Shown here: positions 18,145-28,000 of the stretch, piece by piece
Position numbering within the stretch: the first letter of the stretch is position 1
Layout of the letters: each line of letters starts with the position of its first letter
Assembly: GCA_965243025.1 (NCBI GenBank)
Contig: CBDETY010000003.1
Location: 5,024,001 to 5,088,000, forward strand
From: Candidatus Latescibacterota bacterium
Lineage (GTDB): Bacteria > Latescibacterota > UBA2968 > UBA8231
DNA: 64,000 nucleotides
Direction: 5' to 3'
Notes under the pieces: generated by a model
The model's input: the letters and a program-made list of their open reading frames with translations, nothing else
What the model was told of the DNA's origin: nothing
Databases searched by the model: none
Made by a program: the position numbers and the translations under genes

Positions 18145-19707
18145 ATGGCTATGGCAGGCGCCATATTGTCGGCTCTTGCATTGGTGGTGGTCGGCGCATT
18201 GGTCGGGTGGTTGTTGAATGCCCGCTTTCGGCGTGGGAGGGCAGCCGATGCCCAGGAAAGAGTTCAGCGCATCGTCGAGGATGCCCGCTGTGAAGTCGAG
18301 TCGATGAAGAAAACCGCAGCCCTCGAAGCCAAAGACGAGTGGCGGCGGGAGCGAGAGCCCCAGGAGCGCGAGATCGAGAATTCCCGGCGATCGTTGCGGG
18401 AACTGGAAACCGGTCTGTTGGAGCGGGAACGCCAGCTGGATCGCAAGGTCGATATTCTCGAAGGCAAGGAGCGGAGTCTCCTGAAGACCGAGAGGGAACT
18501 GTCGCAGCGAGAGGAACATATCGCGGCGAAGGAAGAAACAGTCAACGAGCGCGTCAGCGAGCAAGGGCGGCTTCTCGAGGAATTGGCGGGCCTGAGCCAG
18601 GCGGAAGTCAGGGCCATGCTCATCGAGCAGGAGGAAGACAGCGCCCGCCAGTTCGCCGCGCGCAAGGTCCGCGAAATCAGGGACGAGGCCGTGGCGATGG
18701 GGAATCGCGAAGCCAAGGAAATCATTTCCCGGTCTATCCAACGCTATGCGGGAGAGTTGGCGCGCGAGAGCACGGTTTCCGTCGTCAGCCTTCCCTCAGA
18801 GGAGATGAAGGGGCGTATCATCGGTCGGGACGGCCGCAACATTCGCTCTTTCGACATGATTACCGGCGTGGAGGTCATTGTCGACGACACTCCCGGAGTC
18901 GTCATGCTCTCCAGCTTTGATCCGTTGCGTCGCGAGGTTGCGAGGAACGCTCTGGAAAAGCTTATCCTCGATGGCCGCATTCACCCCGGACGCATAGAGG
19001 AGGCGTATGAGAAAGCTCGGGAGGATGTCGAGGAGATGATTCGCGAGTCGGGATCCAAAGCGGCCTTCGACCTCGGCATCCACGACATGGCCGAGCCGCT
19101 GCTCGAACTCCTCGGCAAACTGAGATTCCTTTCCAGCTACGGCCAGAACCTCCTGGTTCATTCTCAGGAAGTCGGCATGCTTGCAGGCACCATGGCGGAG
19201 AGCCTCGAAATCGACGCCAACCTCGCGCGCCGCGCGGGACTGCTGCACGACATCGGCAAGGCGATGGAGTTCCAGATCGGAACCGACAGTGCTCAATCGA
19301 GCGGAGCCCTGGCGCGCAAGTGCGGTGAAAGTCCGGAAGTCGTCGAGGTTATCGAGACTCACGATCTCGAGATGCCCACGCGTTCCGCGATTGCCATCAT
19401 CGTAAAGGCAGCGGACGAGATCTCGACCAGCAGGCCGGGGGCCCGCAAGGAAAAGGCGGAGGATTACGTGCGTCGCATGCGCGAGATCGAGGAGATTGCC
19501 AGCGCCAACCCAGGGGTCAAAACCGCCCATGCGCTCCAAAACGGCAGGGAAGTTCGCGTCCTCGTCGACAGCGCCACGGTTGACGACGCCTATGCCGATC
19601 AGCTGGCCGAAGAAATAACCGAGACTCTCGAGGAAGAACTCGGACAGCCCGGCCAGATCAAGGTCTGCGTGATACGCGAAGTGCGCGCGGTTCATTTCGC
19701 CCGCTGA
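18145..19707 (+). CDS. rny: Ribonuclease Y
   Basis: N-terminal TM helix, coiled coil, KH 'MKGRIIGRDGRNIR', HD 'YGQNLLVHS..GLLHDIGK', 'SRPGAR'. Confidence 0.96.
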   Translation: MAMAGAILSALALVVVGALVGWLLNARFRRGRAADAQERVQRIVEDARCEVESMKKTAALEAKDEWRREREPQEREIENSRRSLRELETGLLERERQLDRKVDILEGKERSLLKTERELSQREEHIAAKEETVNERVSEQGRLLEELAGLSQAEVRAMLIEQEEDSARQFAARKVREIRDEAVAMGNREAKEIISRSIQRYAGELARESTVSVVSLPSEEMKGRIIGRDGRNIRSFDMITGVEVIVDDTPGVVMLSSFDPLRREVARNALEKLILDGRIHPGRIEEAYEKAREDVEEMIRESGSKAAFDLGIHDMAEPLLELLGKLRFLSSYGQNLLVHSQEVGMLAGTMAESLEIDANLARRAGLLHDIGKAMEFQIGTDSAQSSGALARKCGESPEVVEVIETHDLEMPTRSAIAIIVKAADEISTSRPGARKEKAEDYVRRMREIEEIASANPGVKTAHALQNGREVRVLVDSATVDDAYADQLAEEITETLEEELGQPGQIKVCVIREVRAVHFAR

Positions 19708-19721
19708 ATCCGCGGCCCGCA

Positions 19722-20540
19722 TTGAGAATCCTTTTCGCAGCCGACATCTACGCCCGGCCCGGGAGGCGTGTCGCGGCTGATGTCATTCCACGCCTTGTGC
19801 GCGAGCGCGCAATCGATCTGTGCATAGCGAACGGGGAGAACGCCGCGGGGGGTTTCGGCATGACCGAAACGATCGCCCGCAAGCTGCACAGTTACGGGGT
19901 GGATGTAATTACTTCCGGCAATCACATCTGGAATCGGGCGGACTTCGCTCGTTTCCTGTCCAAGTCGGACAGGGTGCTGCGACCCTTGAATTATCCCAGG
20001 GAGGCTCCCGGGTGGGGATCGACCATCGTACCCGCCAAGTCTGGAACGCCGGTGGGGGTGGTCAACCTGCAAGGGCGGACCTTCATGCCCACCATAAACT
20101 GTCCGTTCGTGCTCGGGCGGGAGGAAGCCGAACGGCTGAAAAGAGAAACACCGGTCGTTTTCGTCGACTTCCACGCTGAAGCCACGGCGGAAAAGGTCGC
20201 TCTGGGGCGCTATCTCGACGGGATCGCCTCGGCTGTCATCGGGACCCACACCCATGTCCAGACGGCGGACGAACGCGTGCTTTCCGGAGGAACGGCTTAC
20301 CTCACCGACGCGGGGATGACCGGGGTCCAGGATTCGGTGATCGGCACGCGTTCGGAAATCGCGGTGAGACGCTTCGTCGAGCAGGTGCCGGCACGTTTCA
20401 AGCCGGCGGAAGGCAGGGCGGTTTTTTGCGGCGCGGTAATCGAGGTCGACGAGACCGACGGTCGCGCCCTTGGCATCGAGCGCCTGCAGATCTCGGAGAG
20501 CCGCACGGCAGCTTGGGTCCCGGACGACGAGGAAGAGTGA
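19722..20540 (+). CDS. ymdB: YmdB/TIGR00282 metallophosphoesterase
   Basis: 'IANGENAAGGFG', 'TSGNHIW', 'DFHAEATAEK', 'GTHTHVQTAD'; follows rny. Confidence 0.93.
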   Translation: MRILFAADIYARPGRRVAADVIPRLVRERAIDLCIANGENAAGGFGMTETIARKLHSYGVDVITSGNHIWNRADFARFLSKSDRVLRPLNYPREAPGWGSTIVPAKSGTPVGVVNLQGRTFMPTINCPFVLGREEAERLKRETPVVFVDFHAEATAEKVALGRYLDGIASAVIGTHTHVQTADERVLSGGTAYLTDAGMTGVQDSVIGTRSEIAVRRFVEQVPARFKPAEGRAVFCGAVIEVDETDGRALGIERLQISESRTAAWVPDDEEE

Positions 20541-21787
20541 TGGCAAACCGGGCCCTGACAGTCTCGGAGATCACGGCGCGGGTAAAAAGCGTTCTGGAAG
20601 ACTCGCTCGAGATGGGTTGGGTCATCGGCGAGGTATCAGATTTTTCGCGCGCTTCGTCCGGACACTGCTACTGGACCCTGCGGGACGAGTCGAGTCAGAT
20701 CAGCTGCGTGATGTTTCGGTTTTACGCCCGCGAGCTGACCTTCATTCCCGAGCCGGGTGTACAGCTGCTGGTCTACGGCAACGTCTCGGTCTACGAGCGC
20801 GGAGGACGCTACCAGTTGCACGTGTACTGGGTGCAGCCGGTCGGGGTCGGTGAGATGGCGGTCGCTTTCGAGCGCCTTCGCGACCGCTTGGCAGCGGAGG
20901 GCCTGTTCGCGGAGGAACGGAAGAAACCCCTGCCGCGATTTCCGCGGTGCGTCGGGGTTGTAACCTCCGCCAGCGGAGCGGCAGTCAGGGACATCCTTCA
21001 GATCGTGCAGCGGCGCTCACCGGGAGTGCAGATCGTGTTGCGCCCTACGCGGGTACAAGGTCCCGGTGCCGCCGAGGCAATCGCACACGGAATCGCCGAT
21101 CTGAACGCCCATTCCGACGCGGACCTGCTGATCGTCGGCCGCGGCGGCGGGTCGCCGGAGGATCTGTGGCCATTCAACGAGGAAGTGGTGGCCCGCGCGA
21201 TACACAACTCCCGCCTTCCGGTGGTATCTGCCGTGGGACACGAGATCGACTATACGATCGCCGATTACGCAGCCGATCTCCGCGCACCAACTCCTTCCGC
21301 CGCGGCCGAGCTGGCGACCCCCGACCAGATGGAGCTGCGGCGGGAAGTCGCCGCGCGTACCAGGGCTCTGCTGCGGGCAAGCCGCGAACGCCTCGCCGAG
21401 TCCAGGCAGCGCTTGGAAGACCGCGACCCCGAGCGTTTGCTGTACGCCCTGCGGGGGCGCCTGGAGCAATCGGAGCAGAGCCTGGACGAGATGCGCCGCC
21501 GGCTCGTCGACGCCCTGGACCGGCACCTGAAAAAAACGGGGTCCCGTTTCGTGACGTCCGTTCTGCGGCTGAAATCCACCGATCCGCTCGCCGGCTTGTC
21601 GCGCGGGTTTGCCTACTGTTCGCATGCCGGCAGCGGTCTGTCCGTGAGCAAAGGCGGCGACCTGAGTCCCGGTGACCGCTTGCGGCTGCGTTTCGCGGAG
21701 GGAGAGGCGGGTTGTCTCGTCGAGGAGGTCTCACCGGGCAGTCGGTTCACCACCCGGACGGCACCCGGGACCAAAGGCAATGGCTGA
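20540..21787 (+). CDS. xseA: Exodeoxyribonuclease VII large subunit
   Basis: ATG 20540 overlaps the ymdB stop. 'WVIGEVSDF..SGHCYWTL', 'GRGGGSPEDLWPFNEE', 'SAVGHEID', 'RAPTPSAAAE'. Confidence 0.96.
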   Translation: MANRALTVSEITARVKSVLEDSLEMGWVIGEVSDFSRASSGHCYWTLRDESSQISCVMFRFYARELTFIPEPGVQLLVYGNVSVYERGGRYQLHVYWVQPVGVGEMAVAFERLRDRLAAEGLFAEERKKPLPRFPRCVGVVTSASGAAVRDILQIVQRRSPGVQIVLRPTRVQGPGAAEAIAHGIADLNAHSDADLLIVGRGGGSPEDLWPFNEEVVARAIHNSRLPVVSAVGHEIDYTIADYAADLRAPTPSAAAELATPDQMELRREVAARTRALLRASRERLAESRQRLEDRDPERLLYALRGRLEQSEQSLDEMRRRLVDALDRHLKKTGSRFVTSVLRLKSTDPLAGLSRGFAYCSHAGSGLSVSKGGDLSPGDRLRLRFAEGEAGCLVEEVSPGSRFTTRTAPGTKGNG

Positions 21788-22058
21788 AGACTCGACCGCT
21801 CCCCAGAGTTTCGAAGAGGCGATGGCGCTGCTGGAAGAAAGCGTAGAGCGCCTGGAGTCCGGGACCCTGACGCTGGAGGAGTCGCTATTGGTCTTCGAGC
21901 GTGGAGTTGCGGCCTCGCGTGCCTGTGGCAGGATGCTGGATCAGACGCGCAAGCGGGTCCAGGTTCTGATAGAGAAAGTCGGGGGAGAGTTCGAGCTCGA
22001 GTTTCTCGAAGAAACACCCGACCAGGACTTCGATACCGGGACTGAGGGCAGGCGGTGA
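21780..22058 (+). CDS. xseB: Exodeoxyribonuclease VII small subunit
   Basis: ATG 21780; 'SFEEAMALLEESVERLESGTLTLEESLLVFERG'. Confidence 0.95.
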   Translation: MAEDSTAPQSFEEAMALLEESVERLESGTLTLEESLLVFERGVAASRACGRMLDQTRKRVQVLIEKVGGEFELEFLEETPDQDFDTGTEGRR

Positions 22059-23764
22059 TGCTGACCCGGCTCCTGATTGAAAACTTCGCGCTGATCGAGC
22101 ACGCCGAGATCGAATTCGATCGCGGACTCAACATCATCACAGGGGAAACCGGCGCCGGAAAGTCTATTCTTCTCGGCGCCCTGAACTGCATTCTCGGCGG
22201 GACGGCGAGATCCGACCTGATTCGCGGCGGCTGCGACCGCTGTGCGGTCGAGGGACTGTTCGAGTTCGATGAGGCCGGCGCAGGCAGGCAAGCCTTGAAA
22301 AGGTTGGGGCAGATGGGAGTCGAAGTCACCGGTCAACAGCTTGCACTGCGGCGCGAAATCAGGGAGAGCACCCGCTCCCGCGCCTTTGTCGACGGCCGTA
22401 TCGTGCCGCTGAAAAGGCTGCAGGAGATCGGGGGAGCCCTGATCGATCTTCACGGACAGCACGAGCACCAGTCTCTTCTCGACGAGGACCAGCACGCCCG
22501 TTTCCTCGACACCTGCGCACAGCTGGGGGAATCCGCAGCCGGCGTGGGCGCTTCCTTCCACGAGGTGGAGCGCTGCGCGGAGGAGCTGGCGAACCTCGAG
22601 CGCGAACGCGCCGCGTTGCTGCGAGAGGAGGAGCTCCGCGCTTTCCAGCTCGAGGAAATCCGGCGCATCGGCCCCGAGGAGGGAGAGGACGAGCTCCTGG
22701 AAACGGAGGTGAAAGTGCTGGCAAACCAGGCCGAGCTCTCCTCCGAAGTAGGTTCTGTCTTCGATCGGCTGTATCGGAACGACGGAGCCACCGTGGAGGT
22801 TCTGGGTGGGTGCCGGCGCCAGCTGGATCGCCTCATCGAGATCGACCCCCGTCTCGGGCGGCTTGCCGAGGAGGTGGAGCAGCTGCTGTTTCGCGCCGAG
22901 GACGTGGCAGCCGGCTTCAGGGAGTATCTCGATCGCCTCGAGCCCGACCCCGAGCGGCTGGAACAGGCTCGGGAGCGTCTGTTCGAGCTCGGCCGCCTGA
23001 CCCGGAAGTACGGTGGCACACTGGCCGACGTGGCCCGGACCGCACGGGAACTGGAGGTCGCAGGAGATCGCCTGGAGGAAATGGAGAGCGCGATCGCTGC
23101 GGCGGGCGGCCGCTACGCCGAAATCGTGGGAAATTTTGCCCGGGACTGCCGGGTTCTGTCAGGGCGGAGGGAGAAAGCCGCATCTGCGCTGGCAGGAGAG
23201 GTTGAGAAGGGACTCGGGGCCCTGGGGATCCCCGGTGCCAGTTTCAAAGCGAGGTGCACCCGGGAGCAGGATCCGAACGGCCTCGTTGAAATCGACGGGG
23301 TTCGCTACCGGGCCGACGCCGCCGGGGTCGAGAAAGTGGTTTTTTTCATTACAACCAACCCCGGGGAGCCGCCCCGCCCCCTCGCACGTGTCGCCTCGGG
23401 CGGGGAGATATCGCGCATCATGCTCGTGCTCAAGGGGATCATCGCCGAGCGGGACGTGGTGTCTACCCTCGTTTTCGACGAGATCGACTCCGGTATCTCC
23501 GGGCGCATCGCCAGCGCAGTCGGGCAGCGGCTCAAACACCTCGCCCACTCCCACCAGGCGATTGCGATCACGCATCTGCCGCAGATAGCCAGTCTGGCTG
23601 ACTGTCATTTCTCGGTACGCAAGGTCCAGCGCCGCGGGCGCACCGTGACCGAGGTCCACCGCCTGTCCGATGCATCCGAGCGCCGAGACGAAGTCGCCCG
23701 CCTGCTGGCAGGGGAGTCGGTATCGGAAACAGCGCGACAGCACGCCGAAGAACTGCTCAGGTGA
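22055..23764 (+). CDS. recN: DNA repair protein RecN
   Basis: 'ITGETGAGKS', 'HGQHEHQ', 'VASGGEISR', 'FDEIDSGISG', 'ITHLPQIA'. Confidence 0.97.
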   Translation: MMLTRLLIENFALIEHAEIEFDRGLNIITGETGAGKSILLGALNCILGGTARSDLIRGGCDRCAVEGLFEFDEAGAGRQALKRLGQMGVEVTGQQLALRREIRESTRSRAFVDGRIVPLKRLQEIGGALIDLHGQHEHQSLLDEDQHARFLDTCAQLGESAAGVGASFHEVERCAEELANLERERAALLREEELRAFQLEEIRRIGPEEGEDELLETEVKVLANQAELSSEVGSVFDRLYRNDGATVEVLGGCRRQLDRLIEIDPRLGRLAEEVEQLLFRAEDVAAGFREYLDRLEPDPERLEQARERLFELGRLTRKYGGTLADVARTARELEVAGDRLEEMESAIAAAGGRYAEIVGNFARDCRVLSGRREKAASALAGEVEKGLGALGIPGASFKARCTREQDPNGLVEIDGVRYRADAAGVEKVVFFITTNPGEPPRPLARVASGGEISRIMLVLKGIIAERDVVSTLVFDEIDSGISGRIASAVGQRLKHLAHSHQAIAITHLPQIASLADCHFSVRKVQRRGRTVTEVHRLSDASERRDEVARLLAGESVSETARQHAEELLR

Positions 23765-24318
23765 CCGCCGCAGGGACTCTTTCCGCGCTTCCGAATGCGC
23801 TCAGCGCTCTGCGCGTCGCCCTTGTTCCTGTATTGCTGGTGAGTCTGCGCCGGGACGCCGAAACCGGGGGGGGCGCCGGGGCATCCTGGCTTTCGGGTGC
23901 TATCCTGATCGGGGCAGCAGCCACCGATTTCCTGGACGGCTATTGCGCCCGCCGGCTCGGGTTTGTTTCGCGAACCGGCAAGATCCTCGATCCCCTGGCC
24001 GACAAGATCGCCGTCGGCGGACTCGGTTTGGCGCTGGTTGCGTGGTTCGGCTTTCCGGTGTGGCTGATTGCCTTGCAGCTCGTCAGGGATGCCGCCATCG
24101 TGGCGGTGGGCGTGTACCTGTTCCGAACTCGCGGGCTGGTCCTTTCCCCCTCGCCGCTGGGAAAGGGCGCCACCGCCACCATGGTTCTCGCCCTGGCCTG
24201 TTACGTTTTTGGCGCCCCTCCCGGTGTGGCGCTGGCCGCGGTCGCAACTGCAGCCGCTTTGCTGCTGGCGTCGAGCATCGATTACCTTCGCCGCGTGCTG
24301 CGAATTCAATCCAGTTGA
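23761..24318 (+). CDS. CDP-alcohol phosphatidyltransferase (PgsA-like)
   Basis: 'PNALSALR', 'TDFLDGYCARR..SRTGKILDPLADK'. Confidence 0.9.
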   Translation: MTAAGTLSALPNALSALRVALVPVLLVSLRRDAETGGGAGASWLSGAILIGAAATDFLDGYCARRLGFVSRTGKILDPLADKIAVGGLGLALVAWFGFPVWLIALQLVRDAAIVAVGVYLFRTRGLVLSPSPLGKGATATMVLALACYVFGAPPGVALAAVATAAALLLASSIDYLRRVLRIQSS

Positions 24319-24340
24319 ACCCAACTGCAGGAGTCGACCG

Positions 24341-24715
24341 ATGGTCCACAGGATCCACAAGATCGCCTTCGTTACCGACGACGTGGAAAGCGCCGTGCGG
24401 TTTTACACCGAAACTCTCGGACTCGAGGTCAGTGAGCGTTTCCCCAACGAGGATGACGACGACTACGTTTTCATGAAGAGTGGCGACATCATCCTCGAGC
24501 TGATGCCCGCAAAGTCGACGGGGAACCCTGTTGGGTTTCACCACGTATCCCTGGTGGTGGAGGATATCCAGGCGGCGACCGAGGAGCTTCGGGAGAAGGG
24601 GGTGACTATAACGAAGGAGCCCTTCGACGCGGGAGCGGGAGGCATCCACCTGGCTTTCTTCGAAGGGCCCAACGGGCTGAACCTGCAGCTGTTCGAACGC
24701 AGGCTGTCGGGGTAG
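24341..24715 (+). CDS. VOC/glyoxalase family protein
   Basis: ATG 24341 with SD AGGAG; 'IHKIAFVTDDVESAVRFY..LGL', 'GFHHVSLVVEDI', 'FFEGPNG'. Confidence 0.9.
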   Translation: MVHRIHKIAFVTDDVESAVRFYTETLGLEVSERFPNEDDDDYVFMKSGDIILELMPAKSTGNPVGFHHVSLVVEDIQAATEELREKGVTITKEPFDAGAGGIHLAFFEGPNGLNLQLFERRLSG

Positions 24716-24865
24716 GCCGGGCAGCTGTCTCAGGGCGAGCTGTCGCCGTAGGCCATCAGCTCCGAATGCGCTGATGCGCGCTGGACCGGGAGGCGGCCGG
24801 GATGGCCGCGGCAGGCAACAAAGCCGCTTTGAAACGCTGGATTTTCACTCGCGCCGCACCGGCCG

Positions 24866-24994
24866 TCAGTTGGGCCGGATCAGGCGGCGCCAGATGGCCG
24901 GCGCCTCACGCATCCGTCTGCGCTCGGCGTAGATCCTGAGCATTTCCACGACTTTGAGCCGTAGCGCCAGTTTGCGCAGGTCGACCCGGACCAC
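24866..24994 (-). CDS. Possible 42-aa basic small protein
   Basis: GTG 24994, 7 bp after the Omp85 gene stop. MVRVDLRKLALRLKVVEMLRIYAERRRMREAPAIWRRLIRPN. Strongly G/C third positions. Confidence 0.35.
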   Translation of the reverse strand: MVRVDLRKLALRLKVVEMLRIYAERRRMREAPAIWRRLIRPN

Positions 24995-25001
24995 GCGGCT
25001 T

Positions 25002-28000
25002 CTACAACCCCCGTCCCACCAGTCCGAGACCGAAGTAGTACCGCCATTTGTCGATCTTCGGCTCGTCCGGCTCGCGCTCCACCCGATCGCGGTTGAGGGG
25101 ATGGGCGACCTGGAAGAATGCCCGCATCGGAATACGGTAGAAGGTGTACAGCTCCATGCGCACCTCTCCGCCGACGTCCGACAGGAACGAGTCGGTATCG
25201 AAGTCATCGAGCTTCAGGGTGCGGAAGTTGCCGACCGCCCCGGTCTCGGCAAACAGCTCGGCGTAGACCTTGGTGAAGTTGAAGTTCAGGAATCCCATGT
25301 CGAGACGGCGAAACAGGGGAAAACCGTAGGCAAAACGGCCGTACAGAAGCTTGGAGCCCGAACGCACGAAATACGGATATCCACTCAGGAAATTCCGTCC
25401 CCCCAGATAATAGCGCAGCGGCCAGTAGAAGCGGCCCTCGAAAAAACCTCCATCCACGGTGTAAGGTTTCACGCTCAGGTTGCGGTAGGCCGCAACGACC
25501 TCCCAGGTCAGGGTGTTTCGAAACGGCAGGCCCACCCTCTCGGTATAGGCGCCGACGTACTCGTTGACAGTAAACGGCCGCTTTGCGGGAATCAGCATGT
25601 CGCGGGGCATTCCGTCATCTACTGTAAAGGCGAGCGAATCGGCGAGGTTGGCCTTCATGTACCGGTAGATGAGGGCCATCGAGCGTCCGGTCGCGTTGAT
25701 CATGCGATCGGCGGTCGGTTTGACCCTGCGGTAGTTCCAGGCGAGCGTGAGATCGTTCGAAGTGTAAAAGTCGAGATCGTCATAGAAGGAGTAATGGTCG
25801 TCGGGAGTAACCGTGGTGGTGTCGAGACTGGTGAGGGAGGAGGGCAGGGTCCCGGTAATGTCGACGCTGTCCTGGATCACGAATATTTCGAGGCGCTGGC
25901 GATACCTGTGCAGCAGCCAGTTCTCGTCGTAGTTGCGGTTGGTGTACAACCCGGTCAGCTGTTGCCGCCTGCTGATCGGCAGATCGACCCCCAGGGACCA
26001 CATCTGGAAGACATCCTTGAACAGGTCCTTCCTCGAGAATCCTTCATAGATGTGCTGGGTGGCGTTAGGGATCAGCAGGTTTGCGGTGTCCACCGGGGCC
26101 GGGTAGATCGTAGATGCCACTGTATCTGCGAAAACCTCCACGCTGCTCCCGCGGATGATCCAGTCCACTTCGCGCCGCCGCCACCCCCCCCATAGAGTGG
26201 GGTTGAAAGTGCGGTTGTTGCCCACCGCAGGGAGCAACCGGCGCTCGGCGTAGAGGCCGAAATCGGTGTTGAGATCGGTGCTCTCTCGAAAGTTCTTGCC
26301 GAGAACTCCCCAGAAAACAAAGACGTCGCCTCCGAGGGTTTCACGAACGGAAACCTGGCCGCCGCCGCTGATCTGGTTGAGTCCGAAAGTATTGCCGACG
26401 AAGGTCGGTCCGACCTGAAACAGGGGAATGACGTCGAGCACGCGCCGTCCCCGGTAGCGGAACACGCTGTAGTCCTCCGAAAGTTTCGGCCCGCGAACCA
26501 CGGTTTGGTAGTCGCGGTCGGCAAGGGGATCCCAGTGGACTATGCGTTCCCCGGGTCCGTCGAGATCGAACTCGTAGAGGTCGAAGTTGTTGGCGTGGTA
26601 GCTCGCGTAGGTCACGCGCCCGTCGCCTGCCACGGTCGGCGAAAAAGCCCCGCCGAGAACGTTGGTGAGCTGCCGCACTTCCCCGGTCTCCAGTGTGTAC
26701 TGGTAGATGTTGAAGATCCCGGTGCGGTCGCAGGAGAAGACGAAGCCGCTGCCGTCGGGCAGCCAGTACGGATCGCGCTCGTCAGCGGACGATGCCAGCA
26801 GCGGGGTGAATCCCGAGGTGTCCGCCGCCGGGTAGGCGAGACTGTCGGGAAAAACCTTGAGCGAGTCCGGGGTGTCGTCTTTAGGGGGGCGCAGACCTGT
26901 TTTCTTGGGAAGCGGGGGGCTGTCCGCCCGCATCATGGCGATGTCGCGGTCTTCGCCGCTGAAGATGCTGAAGAGGATCCACTCGCCGTCGGGGGACCAT
27001 CGCGGCGCGTAGATCTGGGTGCGGTCGTTGTGGTTGGTGAGCTGGACGAGGTCGGTGCCGTCGGCATCGATCAGACAGAGGCTGTGATTGCCGTCGCGGA
27101 GGCGAACGAAAGCGATGCGCTCTCCGTCGGGAGAGACGTTCGGGTCCCTGGCGCGGAGGCGGGCGCTGATGCGGCGCTCCTCATCCTCTTCGATGTCGTA
27201 GACGAAGAAGTCGTTGTAGCCGCTCTTGTTGCGCAGAAACAGGATTTTGTCGGAGTCGGGAAACCAGGATATCCGCGTGTCGACGAATTCCTTGAGCACT
27301 TTCTTTTTTCGCGTTGCGAAGTCGTAGATGGCGACGTACGGGATGCGGTAATCCCGGTCCTGACTGGTGATGTAGGCGAGTTTCCTGCCATCTGGAGAAT
27401 ACGATGGGTGGTAGTCGATAACGCCTTCGTTGACATCTCCGAGTTCGTTACCCTCGAAGAACCCCTCCGCGACTATCTCCTCGACCTGCTGGCCGTACTG
27501 GTCCTCCATGAAGCGGACCCAGTCGTCGTACAGCTGATCGGCCGAAATGCCGAGCACCTTGCGGATCGCCGGGTCGAAGCTCAACGAGCCGACATGGTCC
27601 TGCAGTTCCTCGACCTTTTCCGTGCCATAGGTCGCCGCCGTGTATGTCAGGAGTCCGAAACCCTGGTTGTAGACCTGCTCGGCCCGGTAGCCGCCGGCGC
27701 GGTGACTCAGCCCCCCCATCTCGTTCAGGGTTGACAGATCGTCTTCGAGCACGGCCATCCGCAACAGCATGTCTCGATGGGAGTCCCAGGTGTCCCACCC
27801 GAACTGCGCGGGAGCGAGTTGGGCGATTCCCTCGACCCACCACGCGGGTGTGTTCAGGTAGTAAAGCGGGAAGTTGAAGCTGATGTCCGGATTGGAGTCG
27901 AACCTGGAGACCGAAAACAGGGCGATGCGGAAGGGCCACCGCTTGCGCGCCTTGTCCAGTGTCATGACGTGGGCGATCTCGTGGGTGAGGACGTTCTTGA

